Below, piece by piece: positions 1-13,554 of a DNA stretch of 64,000 nt. The notes beneath the pieces were generated by a model, which did no database searches, was not told the origin of the DNA, and saw nothing but the letters and a program-made list of their open reading frames with translations. This stretch comes from Felis catus (Eukaryota), in assembly GCF_018350175.1 (NCBI RefSeq), contig NC_058373.1, forward strand, positions 108,688,001-108,752,000, read 5' to 3'. Made by a program: the position numbers and the translations under genes. Each line of letters starts with the position of its first letter. The stretch's first letter is position 1.

Positions 1-769
1 TTTTTGTTGTGTGATTTTTTTCGTTCTCTTTTTTTTGCCTGGACTGACTCACTTGATTTTGAAGTTTTTTTCCCTATTGTGTTATAACCTCGATGTTGCT
101 CTTGTAGAGTCCTACTGACATTTTTTATCCCACTTCCTTTGTTATATTGTCTGTGATTTATACTCTGAGTGTTTTAGAATCTTCTTTTTATCCTTGGTGT
201 TTAAAATTCAATGGCACTGTGGCTTGATGTGCTTTTGTTTTGTGTCAGTCCATGTGCTGAGCACGTGGTGAGCCCCTTGAATCTAAAAATGCATGCATGT
301 TCAGCAGTTCTAGCAGTTTCCCCTGTACCTGCTTTTTGATCATTTCCTTCCATCTGTTTGCTGACTTTTTGTTTTGCTTTCTTCCTGGAACTCCTATAAA
401 TTAGTAGTACAGCATTGTGAGATTTTTTTTTTTTTAACTTTCCCTGGTTTTCTGTTTTCTCTCCACCCACTCACCCCCAGCTTTTGGGAGAAATTCTTAA
501 AATTTCTCTCAGTTCTTCTATTAAATTTTAGTAGTTTCTTATTCTCTATTCTATAAAAACCTTTTCCATATGGGATTAATAGCATTTTACCCCTCTGAAG
601 CTACTAAAATATTAAATGTATTTTTATCTGTTTTCCCTATGCATTTTACAGTCTTCATTTCTATTTTTGTTTTTATTTTCACATTGGAAGTTTCCCTCAA
701 ATAGCTGTTGATCTTGGTTTTACTTTCTTTGAGAGTAAGGCCCTCTAAATTTAAAAAGATTGTAAACTG

Positions 770-1610
770 TCCAGTGTTGGTGAGAATATGGAAAAATAGG
801 AATTTTCTTAGTTTATTTTCAGGAAGGTAAATTGTTACAAAATAACTGGGGAAAATTAGTTTGTGTATAACTTTGGAATATGCATACTTTATGACCCAGT
901 GCTTCTACTTTAGTTAAAAACCCAGCAGAGAGGCCTAGACATGTGCAAGAAGAGATACATGCAATAATGTCTGAAGTATCATTCATAATAGGCAAAAAAT
1001 GAGAACAAATGAGACATCCATTAATAGTAGAATTGATACAAATTTGTTCTTTAATGGAACATTATACAGCATTGAAAAATCTAGACTATGGATACCTGCA
1101 ACAACATGAATGATAGGCTATAGTTATCTTCAGCAATATGGATAAGTCTCACAAATATAATGTTGAAAAAAATCATAAATAGTAGATACCTATTGACAAT
1201 AGAGTGGATACATTAAGTTGTGGTGTTGTCATCCAAGAATATTATACAGCAGTAAAAACAAAACAAAACCCTCCAGATGCTTCTGAATTTGTAGGTCAAA
1301 CTCTCAAGCATACTGTTGGGGAGAAGAAGCCAGATAAAAACAAGTATCTTCTAAACATTCGTCTGGTAGGATTCCAAAACAGGCAACACTAAACTGTGGT
1401 GTTAGATTACAGAATAGTAGTTATATTTGAGAAGAGGAGGGAGGAGTCGCCTTTGGGAAAGCCGTGAGGGGAATGGCTTCTGTGTTGCTAGAAGTTTTTC
1501 TTGATTTGTTTGGTGGCCATGTAGGTGTTCACTATGTGATATTTCACAGAGTATATTTCATTTATATTTTAGGCACTGTTTTGTTTATATGTTGCATCTT
1601 TAAATAGTTT
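770..1610 (+). mobile_element. Ancient L1ME-type 3' region
   Basis: GTGTTGGTGAGAATATGGA, TATGACCCAG, ATGGAACATTATACAGC, AATAGTAGTTA; highly diverged. Confidence 0.65.
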
Positions 1611-2270
1611 TTAAAATAGAATGAGGAACTAAAAAGCATGGTTGGAAATTTTGTGTGCATGGTCAAAGCTGAACAACTAAAGATCTAATGGCCAGGGATC
1701 TAGAAGTTTCCTGAGGGGACCCTAAGTGTCAATGTTTATTAATTTTACCCCTACTGGAGCTTGTCAGTTATGCCAGACCAGAGAACAAGATACCAATTAC
1801 TTGCCTGAGGCAGTATTTGCCTGACTGCCAACATTCCTAAAGCAGAGCGAAGAAAAGAGTTGGGGGTCTTGTCATTCAGTATGCCATTTTTAACTTAATT
1901 TGCTGAGCTGATTTTCAGTAGGGTGCTTCCTCTACCCTAATCCTCCCTGGGTTTATAATGTGCATGGTTCAATTTGTCCAGCAAATAAATCCTGTTTATG
2001 GAGTAGAGAATGCCTGGGGATATAACTATTCCTAATACATATTCTTAAATGTCTTGTTTCAGACTTTTGCTTCTCTTGTCTCTTTGGAAGAATAAGTTAG
2101 TACCATTTCAGGACCTTTCTGGTGTTTTATATTATGAAATCCCTCATTTCTTGTTTGCATCCCATTCATTACCCTGGGTATTTGACATTCAGATTTCTTA
2201 CATCTTCTCTCCTTCAGTCCATATTTCATCTTCCAACACTCTGTTGACTTTTGTTTACAGTTTTGTCTTT

Positions 2271-2919
2271 GTGGGTTGAATTTATGGTTGAATTGCATCT
2301 CCCCAAAATTCATACGTAGAAGTCCTAACCCAGTACTTCAAAATGTGATCTTATTTGGAAATATGGTGTTGAGGCTCCTGGATGGCTTAGTCAGTTAAAT
2401 ATCTGACTCTTGGTTTTGGCTCAGGTCATGATCTCACAGTTTGTGAGTTCAAGCCCCACGTCAGGCTCTGTGCTGATAGCATGCAGTCTGCTTGCAATTC
2501 TGTCTTTCCCCCCACCTCTCTGCCCTTCCCTTGCTTGTGCTCTCGGTCTCTTCCAAAATAAATAAATAAACTTTAGAGAGAAAAGAAGAGAGGGTATTTA
2601 CAAAGGTAATCAATTTAAAATGAGGTCATAAAGGTAGATTCTAATTCAATAAAACTAGTCCTCATAAAAAAGAGAAATTTGTACATAGACACAGGCTTAG
2701 AGGGAAGCCAATGTGAAGAGATATAGAGAAAAGACAGCCATCTACAAGCCAAGGAGAGAAGCCTGGATCAGGTCCTTTCCTCACAGTCTTTAAAAGGAAC
2801 TATCCTGTTGGTATTTTAATTTTGGACGTAGAGTCTCCAGAACTGTGGACAATAAATTTCTGCTGTTTAAGCCCCCAGTCTGCGGTACTTTGTTCTGGCA
2901 GTTCTAGCAAACTAACACA
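2271..2919 (+). mobile_element. MaLR LTR (MLT1A/B-like) interrupted by a SINE
   Basis: MLT1 hallmarks: GAAGTCCTAACCC, CTTATTTGGAAAT, CCATCTACAAGCCAAGGAGAGA, TCCAGAACTGT..AATAAATTTCTG..TTTAAGCC, ending AAACTAACACA. Confidence 0.85.
2371..2575 (+). mobile_element. Carnivore SINE inserted in an MLT1 LTR
   Basis: GGCTCAGGTCATGATCTCACAGTTTGTGAGTTCAAGCCCC, CT tract, (AAAT)n tail. Confidence 0.92.
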
Positions 2920-3639
2920 ATGACTTAAATTCTTTTCATTTTATTTAACAGGAAGTTCTAATAGGCATTTTACTTGTATTTTACTCAATGTAAGTGCTAC
3001 TCTGCAAATGACAAAGTTTTTTATGAGAGACAAATAGAGAATCTGAATTGAAGTGTATTAGAGTGACACCTTGGGCTCTTGATGACTACACCAAACCTCT
3101 ATGAATTTTAATTTCTTCATCTTTAGAGGGTGATGACATGGATCTTGTTTATGGACTTTAGTGGACAAAAAAATGTGTCATTGAAAGTTCATTGTCCACT
3201 GCCAGCTCTTTTAGTGATAGCTGTACTTGTTATTAATAGAGGAGAGAAGGAAGAAGGGCTGACATTTGCTGAGTTCTTACTTACTTACATAATGTTTTTA
3301 CTTACATAATCCAGTTTTGACCTTCACAATAGCTTTGTTGAGGATTATATGATTATTACCATGTTAGAGAATTCTGACTCATAAAACTCATTAATTGGTC
3401 TTTGATTGTTAAGTCACAAAATGGGAGACAGGGAGTTCAAATGAAAATTTGGATACCACCTTCATCACACTCTTTCAGTTATATGCCCTTCGAGAAGAGA
3501 AGCAAGTCACATGGACAGAAAGTAAACTAGATCCAGAGATAATTCAGAGACCAGGGTGCTTCATTATCTTGAAGTACCTGGAGGTACTACATCTATTAGT
3601 TTGTGATAATTTCACTGACATGATGAGATTCAGCCTTAT

Positions 3640-3803
3640 AGGTACTCTGAAATTTAGTGCATGGCCCATGGATTAGTAGTGCCACCATCATCTGAAAGTA
3701 ACATCTCTGGCCTCTCCCAGAAGTTCCTTGCATTAGAATTTGCATTTTGACTAGATTCTCCAGGTGATTTGTATGCAGAAAATAATAAAGCTTGGGAAAC
3801 ACT
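3640..3803. mobile_element. MER5-like hAT MITE
   Basis: AATTTGCATTTTGACTAGATTCTCCAGGTGATTTGTATGCA..AAAGCTTGGGAAACACT. Confidence 0.65.
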
Positions 3804-6559
3804 TAAGATAAAATTAGGTGATTAGAGGGGCTGAATTAATAGCAACTGAATCCTGTGCTGCAGGAGACTCACCTCTTTTCTCTTTGCTCACTGTCAGTTC
3901 TTCAAGGTTTCCTGTTTTCTGTAGATTAGTCCCTGGGATTTCTCATTCACTATCAGACTCTTTTACCTGATTTCCTCAGTGACTTACTAGTATATCTGTG
4001 CATGGCTGTTCATATGAATACCCTCTGGACTTCAGGCCTTTCTAGCCACTGGGACTCTCTGTCATGCTGTCTTGCTGCATGTTCTACTTCTCTGAGTGTT
4101 CTTTAGCTATCATGAATAATTTGGGATCTCCCTTTTCATTAGCCACTTACGATGTGTATGAAAGTTCCCATTTCCTCAAATTCAGCAGCCAACTCTTATT
4201 AATGAAACGTCTCCTAAGAGAGAAATGGTCCGAGATTCTCCACTATGAGGAATTTTTAAAACAGTTATTTGCAAACTGCAGCCAAACTTGAAATCACTGC
4301 TGAAATTGTCATTTCTTTTCTTCTAATTCAAGGTCTGGAATATGGTATGTCTACCCCCCAGTGTTTTATAAATGATTTATTCAAGTAGTTGAGCATTTAT
4401 CTAGCTCTTTTACTGGACTGTGAGGTGGCATAATGTCTTGATTGATTTTTGATGTCCTGGCGAGAGTTTTCCTATTGCATGACTCTAAGTGAATGGTCTT
4501 CCGTCTTTATACGCACCTACCTGTCTTCTCTGAGCATCCTGAAATGTCCTGTACGCAAGAACTATCAAGGGCCATATGGAATTGCTTCATCTTAGATTAG
4601 GATAGGCAGTTTGTGCAGAGTGCTGGAGGTAAATCTGAATGCATTTTATGAACCCAGTCTTTTTTATATCAAAGATAGTTCAATTCTGACAGGAGAAGCT
4701 GTATTTAGTGTAGGTTCTTATTCAGATCTGTTGCCTCAGAAGGTTATAAGTACTCAAAAATCTTTGAATCTTGTGATGTTAAAGCCTTTCACATTATTTC
4801 CTCTGTCTGAAGGATAAGAGACAGTGTTGGCGGGGGTTAGGAGGAAAATGAGTGAATACACAAAAGATCTTCAGGGATGGTGGAAGACCCATATTATTTA
4901 ATAAAAAAATTGTTTTTAGTGCCTTATGGTCTCCAGCCCATCTCCAATAATAGTACTTAATTAATGGGATTAAAACCATATATTTAAATTTCCCCATTGT
5001 ACAGTCCTTTCCAGTCCAGTTTATGTGCTTTATACATGACGTAGATTGAAAATTCTGCAGGCAAGGAGCTGGAGCCCACAGAACAAAGCTGAAGATTTAT
5101 GAGGCTTTGCAATCCTTTGAAAAAAAAAAAAAGGGTCAGATGTTTGTGAAACATCTTAAAGTTGTACTTTTATGCTCTTCTCCAAAGCTTGTTTTAGGAA
5201 ATTACATCTTGAAAATTCAGTCCAAATACAGAAACAAAATCCTTTCCTTTTGAAATTGTATAATAAAACCTGGCACTGTTTTCATCAAAGGAAAATACCA
5301 GAGGCAGGAACAGAGAGAAAAGGTTGGATTTGGCAGAAATAGAGGGCATGAATAGACATTCTGGTCTCAGGGTCTTGGTTGGGGATTTACTACTGAACCT
5401 GGTCTTTAAACAATCTTCTAAGCTCTTAAATTCTGTAAGGTCACAGCATATCCATCATATCATTTCCTTTTAATCTTTCTCAGGATTTCTTCTGCCAAGT
5501 ATTTTTGTTCACTTACGCCCCCTCTCTCTTCTGATTCTAGACCTTATCTTCCTCTCCTCCCTACTTGTTACTTTCCCCACCTTGGGGTGGTTTGGCCTTA
5601 CCCAGAATCAAAATAAGAGAATCAGTTTTAACTTTTTGCAAAACATACCCAGGTTTTTTTTCTGAGCTAAAATTTCACATTTCCAACTGGGAATGTAGCT
5701 CCTATGGGGAAAACTCTGACACTTTGCCTCTGGTGGAATTATGAAATTTTGTGAATTTGCCACAGGCAAAGCTTGCTCTTTCTGCAGAGCTTAAACATCT
5801 CTATTTTTTTTTGTAGTTAAAAACTAATGTCATGATACTTTTCTAGCAAAACAAAAAAATCACTACAGTTTTGTTTCACTGAGGTGTTGCAAAATTTTTA
5901 AGCAGCAGAACTTTTGGAAGACCCTTTTCAAAAGTCCTCATCCTTTCTCCCTGACATACAAGTCCATGGGCAGAATGGACTCCTTTCTGTATTTACTGAG
6001 CATCTACTCTGTACAAATCAATGGTCTCAGTAGATACTATTTCTTAGACTAGATGCCTATTATGCTTGAAATTGGTCCATGTAGTTTCCTGAATTTTCTT
6101 CTTAGCTAGCTGATGGTATTTTGAAATTTAATTATTTTAAAAGAATTGTGAAAAAATATATTGATCTAACAGCTTCAGACCCATCTAAAGTATGGTCAGG
6201 CCTCTGTGGTGTTAGCTTTTTAACTCTGGTTTTGTGGGGGTTTTAGGGCACCTGGAACACCCAGCCAGATGTCAACCCATGGACTGTTTCTGGGTCCTAC
6301 AAGGTGCATATTGCCTTTACATAATCTCCCTTTCCAACCACACTCACCACAAACTCCAAAACAGTTCTGTAGGCTAGGTTTTATTTGAAGTTTTGGTTTA
6401 GCTTTATATTTAAGCAGCATAGCCTATTCTTCTACCCCCACCGAATATTTCTCTGCCTAACCTTCCCTTCATGCCAGTTTGAAATTAGGTTTGTAGTGCA
6501 AATGCCATGAGAGGAGATACTGTAGTGTTGATTAGCTATTATTTGTTGGGATTACTCTG

Positions 6560-6745
6560 TGAAAGTCTATTTTAATCATTCCTTCAGTCCTCATAACAAA
6601 TCTCAGCAGTGGGTATGATTATCCATCATCCCCATTTCAGAGAAGTAAACTGAGGCCTAGAGAGATTAACTGACTTCCTTCAGACCACACATGGAGGCAT
6701 GGCAGAGCTGGGATTCAAATGTAGGCCTTCTTGGGCTAGCACTGC
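6560..6745 (-). mobile_element. MIR
   Basis: Core CCCATTTCAGAGAAGTAAACTGAGGCCTAGAGAGATTAACTGACTT..GGCAGAGCTGGGATTCAAA. Similar MIR cores at ~32520, ~35790, ~55210 and ~58370. Confidence 0.75.
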
Positions 6746-6893
6746 AATGCCAGTGCATCTGAATGGTGATTAAATCTTCTCTGTGGTGTAAAGGACGTGT
6801 ACTATGGATATATCTGAAGTTGAGATTTTGAAGGAATTCTAGATAGTGAGGAAGACAAAATAATGAAGCAACTACATTAGCAAAAGGAGGGGA

Positions 6894-9450
6894 TCCAAAA
6901 AATAGAAATGGAAGGAAAGTTTCCAGACTCATTCTATGAAGCCAGCCTCACCTTGATTCTAAAACCAGACAAAGACCCCACTAAAAAGGAGAATTACAGG
7001 CCAATATCCCTGATGAGCCTGGATGCAAACATTTTCAACAAGATACTAGCAAATTGTATCCAACAGTACATTAAAAGAATCACTCACCAAGATCAAATGA
7101 GACTTGTTCCTTGGTTGCAGAGGTGGTTCAGTATTAGCCAATCAATCAATGTGATATAGCCCATTAATAAAAGAAAGAATAAAAACCGTAAGATTATCTC
7201 AATAGATGCAGAAAAAGCATTTGACAAAATACAGCATCCTTTCTTGATAAAAACTCTGAAGAAAGTAGGGACCGAAGGAATATACCTCAATATCATAAAG
7301 GCCATATACAGAAGACCCACAGCTAATAACCTCAATGGGGAGAAACTGAGAGCTTTTCCCCTGAGGTCAGAACACGAGAGGGATGGCCACTCTTACCCCT
7401 GTTGTTCAACATAGTACTAGAAGTCCTAGTCTCAGCAGTCAGACAACAAAAAGAAATGAAAGTCATTCAAATTGGCAAGGAAGAAGTGAAACTTTCATTC
7501 TTCACAGATGACATGATACTCTATGTAGAAAACCCAAAGGACTCCACCAAAAAACTTTTAGAACTGACATCAATTCAGCAAAGTCACAGGATATAAAATC
7601 AACATACAGAAATTAGTTGCATTTCTATACACCAATGATGAAACAACAGAAAGAGAAACCAAGGAATCAATCCCATTTACAATTGCACCAAAAACCATAA
7701 GATACCTAGGAATGAACATAACCAAAGAGGTGAAAGATCTGTATGCTGACAACTATAGAAAGCTTATGAAAGAAATTGAAGAAGACACAAAAAAATGGAA
7801 AAACAGTTCATGCCTCATGGACTGGAAAAACAAATATTGTTAACATTGTGGATACTACCCAAAGCAATCTACACATTCAACAAAATCCCTATCAAAACAA
7901 CATCAGCATTCTTTACAGAACTAGAACAAACAAACCTAAAATTTAGGAACCAGAAAAGACACCAAATAGCCAAAGTAATGTTGAAAAAGAAAACCAAAGC
8001 TAGAGTCATCACAATTCCAGACTTTAAGCTGTATCACAAAACTGTAATCATCAAGAGATTATGGTACTGGCACAAAAACAGACACATGGATCAATGGAAC
8101 AGAATAGAGAACCCAGAAATGGACCCACAGCTGTATGGCCAGCTAATCTTCAACAAAGTAGGAAAGAGTATCCAATGGAAAAAACACAGTCTGTTCAGCA
8201 AATGGTGCTAGGAAAACTGGATGACTTTCTTACACTATACATGAAAATAAATTAAAAATGGATAAAATACCTAAATGTGAGATAGGAAACCATCAAAATC
8301 CTAGAGGAGAAAACAGGCAACAGCCTCTTTGACCTTGGCCACAGCAACTTCTTACTAGACATGTCTCCAAAAGCAAGGGAAATAAAAGCAAATGAACTAT
8401 TGAGAATTTATCAAGATAAAAAACTGCTGCAGAGTGAAAGAAACAATTATCAAGACTAAATGGCAACTGATGGAATGGGAGAAGATATTTGCAAATGGCA
8501 TATTGGACAAACGGTCAGTATCCATAATCTATGAAGAATTTATCAAACTCAACACCCAACAAACAAATAATCCAGTGAGGAAATGGGAAGAAAACATGAG
8601 TAGACACTTCGCCAAGGAAGACATCCAGATGGCTAATAGACATGTGAAAAGATGCTCAACATCACTCATCATCAGGGAAATACAAATCAAAACCACAATG
8701 AAATACAACTTCATACCTGTCAGAATGGCTAAAATGAATAACTCAAGAAACAACAGATGTTGGCAAGGATGCAGAGGAAAGGGAATCCTTTTGCACTGTT
8801 GGTGGGAATGCAAACTGGTGCAGCACTCTGGAGAACAGTGTGGAGGTTTCTCATAAGAATAGAGCTACCTTATGACCCAGCAATTGAGCAACTACCTTTT
8901 TATCCAAAGGATACAGAAGTGCTGATTAAAAGGAGCACATGCACTCCAATGTTTATAGCAGTGCTATCAACAATAGGCAAATTATGGAAAGATCCCAAAT
9001 GTACTTTGACTGATGAATGGATAAAGAAGATGTGGTACATATGTGTACAGTGGAATACTACTTGGTGATCAAAAAGAATGAAATCTTGCCATTTGTAACA
9101 ATGTGGAAGGAATTAGAATGTATTATACTAAGTTACATAAATTAGAGAAAGACAAATATATGATTTCACTCACACGTGGAATTTAAGAAACACAACAGAT
9201 GAACATAGGGGAAGGGAAGGAAAAAAAAAGAGAGAGGCAAACCATAAAAGACTCTTAAATACAGAGAACAAACTGAGGTGGGGTGGGGGGAGTGGGAGGG
9301 GGGATAGGCTAAATGGATAATGGGCATTTCAGAGGGCACGTTTTTGGGTGAGCACTGGGTGTTATATGTAAGTGATGAATCACTGGGTCCTACTTCTGAA
9401 ACCAATACTACACTGTAGTTAACTAACTTAAGTAAGTTTAATTTAAAAAA
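6894..9450 (+). mobile_element. 5'-truncated, degraded carnivore LINE-1 (ORF2 RT to C-terminus plus 3'UTR)
   Basis: Broken ORFs [47 protein letters not shown] and CWQGC..HCWWEC are colinear with the young L1 ORF2. Many stops and frameshifts; G-rich 3'UTR and short A tail at ~9445. Confidence 0.95.
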
Positions 9451-10009
9451 GGGGAGAGGCATAATGAAGAATAAAAAATCTAGGAAAGAAAAGTTTTCTG
9501 GTCAACATTGTTCACTGAGCTGATCTTGGCCATAAGACCAAGTTTTGTTTCTTACTTGTTAAGAATAGCTGCTAACTATCCATATGAATGGGCAAATAGC
9601 AAATTCAACAAAAATGATTAGGTACCCCCATTATGCTGTTTTCAGCATCCTTCACTCATTCTGTCTTCTAGAAGAATCAGACATACCAAAAATACATTTC
9701 CGTTAGGAAGTTGTCTCTCATCACTGTGCAGTGCCCAAATGGCATGACAAGGGAACAAATGCAAAACACATAGAACTGTAGGTGATTTGAAAACTCACTT
9801 TTCATGCCAATTAAGAGACACGCGTGAGTCTAATGTTAAAAAATTATTTTTGGTTGATTTATATTTCATTAGTAGAAAAATTTTCCAAGAGTATCTATGT
9901 ATTTTGTATTTATTCACTGGGGGAGATCCAGAGGTTATTCTTTTTGTTTTCTATCCCCAGGGTGAAATGGGTGTATCTCCACCCTAGTCTTGATTCTTCA
10001 GTGTTTGCT

Positions 10010-10136
10010 TAAAAAAAAAATTAATGTTCATTTTTGAGAGAGAGAGAAGAGAGGGAGAGGGAGAGAGAATGAGCAGGGGAGGGGCAGAGAGACAGGGAGA
10101 CATAGAAACCAAAGCAGGCTCCATGCTCTTATCTGT
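10010..10136 (-). mobile_element. 5'-truncated carnivore SINE
   Basis: TTTTTGAGAGAGAG..GAGCAGGGGAGGGGCAGAGA..GCAGGCTCCA; the tRNA head is absent. Confidence 0.85.
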
Positions 10137-10944
10137 ATTTTGCATATGCTTCCTTATGTTTATATTTATTTTTGTATATATCTATGACTATAAACATTTT
10201 TCATAAAAATAAATTTAAGTATAGCAAATTTTAAATGTGGCAAGTTGAAATGTCAGTTCTTTAGTTATTCTTCCTAATACAGATAATGAAAAGAAAATGT
10301 GTAGGGAAGTGGGAGGTATATATAACTTTGTGATTCAGTTAGGTACCTATTCTCAGATAATAGAAGTAGGTATTATCAAAAGAATGAAAAGAGGTTTAAA
10401 TGTATGCCTATAATTATGAGCATACATGAATACAGAGCTGACTCTGAACCTACATTTTGTAAACTTGGTAATCCTTTTATGGCCAGTCCTTAAGGCACAT
10501 TTAACCTCACGTCACCCATTAGCCCATCACAATGCTGCTAATCAGGAGGAAAAAGGAAGATGTAGCTGGTAATAATTCTGAAAAATTTAAGGAGCCAGCT
10601 TGCAATTTGAAATCTTCTCCTAGTTAGGCACATAAATACCACTGGACTATCTGGGTTTAATTTCCGGTGTTGACACATCACAGCAATTTGATGCCTCTGT
10701 GCTTTAGTTTTCTCATCTTTAAATAAGTAGAAAACTACAACCTCATGTCATCATAGTGAGGGACAATGTGTGGATATTTGCAAAAGAGTTAGAGCAGTGT
10801 CTGTCATAGAGTAAGTCTTTATGTTGTCTGTTAGCATTGTGTGAGTGGGTCTACCTTGCCTTTGACTTTTTTCTTGCAGAAACTGCTCTTCTACTTTTTC
10901 AGCCTAAGCTTCCCATCCACACTAATTAGTCAAACACAAGATTT

Positions 10945-11414
10945 AAGGCTTGTATTGTATCCTCCTAAAAGATATGCTTAAGCCCTAACTCTTGGTGGCT
11001 GTGAATATGAAATTATTTGAAAATAGAAATCTTTGCAGCTATAATTAAGATACAAATTAAGATGGGGCCATACAGGAATATGGTGGACCTTGAATCCATT
11101 ATGGCTAGTTTCCTTGTAAGAAGAGGAGACGAGTCACGGAGACAGACACACACAGGGAGAAGATGACCATGTGATGATGGAGGCAGAGATGGAAGCACTG
11201 CCCCTGCAAGCAAAGGAATGTTAGGGTTACTGGCAAGCCAGCAGAAGCTAGGAAAAGGCCAAGGAAGGATTGTCAGGTTTCAAAGGGAATATGGCCCTGC
11301 CAATTTCTTGATTTTGGAATTCTAGCCTCCAGAACTATAAGATGATAAATTTCTGTTGTTTTAAGCAACTCAGTTTGTGGTTCTTTGTTATAGCAACCCT
11401 AGGAAATGAATGCA
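10945..11414 (+). mobile_element. MaLR LTR (MLT1C-like)
   Basis: GGAGGCAGAGATGGA..CAAGCAAAGGAATG..CAGAAGCTAGGAA..CTAGCCTCCAGAACT..ATAAATTTCTGTTGTTTTAAGC..GCAACCCTAGGAAATGAATGCA. Confidence 0.85.
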
Positions 11415-11599
11415 CTTGGCATTATATTATCTAAATAACCTTGTAAAGAACATCACTTTTGTCTGCCCTTGGAATCCGCATGCCCTCTCCGTCCTAAGAC
11501 ATGGTGGGGCAGGAGCCATGAGTTTTTAACAGATCAGTCCAGGGTGCCTGGACCACTTCTAGGAGATGTTAATTTCTCTCATTTTGATTCTTATTTGTT

Positions 11600-11796
11600 T
11601 TTCTTTTTAATGTTTTTTTTTTTTTTTTTGAGAGAGAGAGAGAGAGACAGTGTGCACACATAAGTAGGGGAGGGGCAGAGAGAGAGGGAGAGATAGAGAA
11701 TACCCCATGCAGGGTTCAAACTCATGAACCATGAGATCCTGATCTGAGCCTAACCAAGAGTTAGAGGTTTAACTGACTGAGCCACTCAAGCACCCC
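11600..11796 (-). mobile_element. Carnivore SINE
   Basis: GGGGCAGAGAGAGAGGGAG..TAACTGACTGAGCCACTCAAGCACCCC; TSD TGATTCTTATTTGTTTT on both sides. Confidence 0.92.
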
Positions 11797-11904
11797 TGAT
11801 TCTTATTTGTTTTTTTTATCAGTGCCCACGCTCTGTTTCTTGTGCATAACTTATAGTCAGATTTCTGGACTCTCCTCTTTTTTTTTAATATTTCAGAATA
11901 TCTA

Positions 11905-12130
11905 ACTTTTTAAAATGTTTATTTACTTATTTTTGAGAGGGGGGGAAGAGACAGAGAGGAGAGAGAGAAGGAGAAGGGGAGGGGCAGAGAGACAGGGAGA
12001 CATAGAAACCAAGCCTCCACACTCTGATCTGTCAGCACAGAGCCTGACGCAGGGCTCGAACCCACGAACCACTAGATCATGACCTGAGCCGAAGTCAGAC
12101 ATTTAACTGACCGAGCCACCTTGGTATCCC
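11905..12130 (-). mobile_element. Carnivore SINE
   Basis: CTGTCAGCACAGAGCCTGACGCAGGGCTCGAACCC..GATCATGACCTGAGCCGAAGTC..GAGCCACC. Confidence 0.92.
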
Positions 12131-13554
12131 TTCAGCATTTACTTCTGTGTAATTCTTCTGCATTTTCTACCTCACACCCAACATTTGCAAATTTTCTGTC
12201 TCTGAGCAGCAATGCTCTCATTAACACTACCATTTGATATCACCATTCTCTTCTGATGTTCTTGGAAGCTGTTTGAGCAATGTTTGTACAGCTGTACCCT
12301 ATGTTTTCCAATCAAGAGAGACTAGGGAATATACTAATGAGCTTTCCACACAAATGCAGAGAACATGCCCAGGTAAGGATCATGTGGCTTGAATTTCTGT
12401 TTTCACTTCTTTCTGACATAATTCTTTAACCAAGCAAATGTGTCATTTTGGGTACCATCAATGTCAGCAGTGTACTTCACATGTTTTTGGATTTTATATT
12501 CAAATATTTCGCCAGAGGCAATTAAGGCAGAGCTTTATTTTGGAAACAGTGGAGAGTTCTGGCCAATATTCTACAGGATAGAAGTGCCAGGCACAGAGTT
12601 CCCAACTTAATTTATTTCTAATGAAAAGTAACCCCATGAGAGGAGTTTCTGCCATATAACCATCAGGCAGAGCATAGCAGAGCTCAGCCACTAGCCTGGA
12701 GGTGTTTCAGCTCTCCCTGCACCCATGTGCTGAGACTGGGAAGAACAAAGAAACCATGTGGCCAAGGATGAATGCAAGGGTAAGGGGACGAAATAGTATG
12801 ACGAGAGACACTGGGGAACAGGATAAGAAGTCACCAACTGTTGAGGTGGACCAACTTCAGAACCAACTGTGAGAGGCATCAGATGGAAGAAAACCAATAT
12901 ATCAATATTACTATTGGTAAAGCTGCATTGGAGAAGTTGGTTTGAATGTAAGGCTACAATGAGCTTCCTAACCATGTACTTCAGAAGTAGATTTACTGAA
13001 CTGGTCATGGGCAGTAATGACAATTGCAGGTGTGCTTCATAAAGGCAGACGTTGCCCTGTTAGATTATAATGTAGGAGGAGCAGGGCTAGCTCAAAAATG
13101 AGAGAGACGGAGAAGGAATGCTATCCTCCCAGAGGCTCCTCCACAGGATGACATGAGGTGAGCTTGTCGTGCCAACAATAAGACTTACCATAATACAATG
13201 GCATCTTCTCAGCTTCATCTTAAAGCCAGAACTACTTAGTGTGGCACAGCCCACAAGGCTCTTTAAAATTTCACATGCCTATTTGTCATTAGGCTTTTCA
13301 CGAAACTCCATTCGCGTCCTGTCCCCTTCCCAATGTGAAGCCTGCGCTCCAGTCATACTGAACTGCTTGCAGTGCTAGGAACACCTCTGTGTTCTGTGCT
13401 TCAAATGCCCTTTCTATTTTTGCTCCAATACTTCCTCTCCGTGTGCACACCTCACTTGTTCTTTGTAGAAATTCCATGTTAAACCCAATTGTCTTTTCCT
13501 CTGGAGAAACTTCCCTGATATATGTTAGCTAGTCTTTTGAAGTTTCCATAGTTC

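Noticed and set aside
6882..9460. TSD for the older L1 (AAAAGGAGGGG vs AAAAGGGGAGA)
   Set aside because: Too degenerate to call with confidence.
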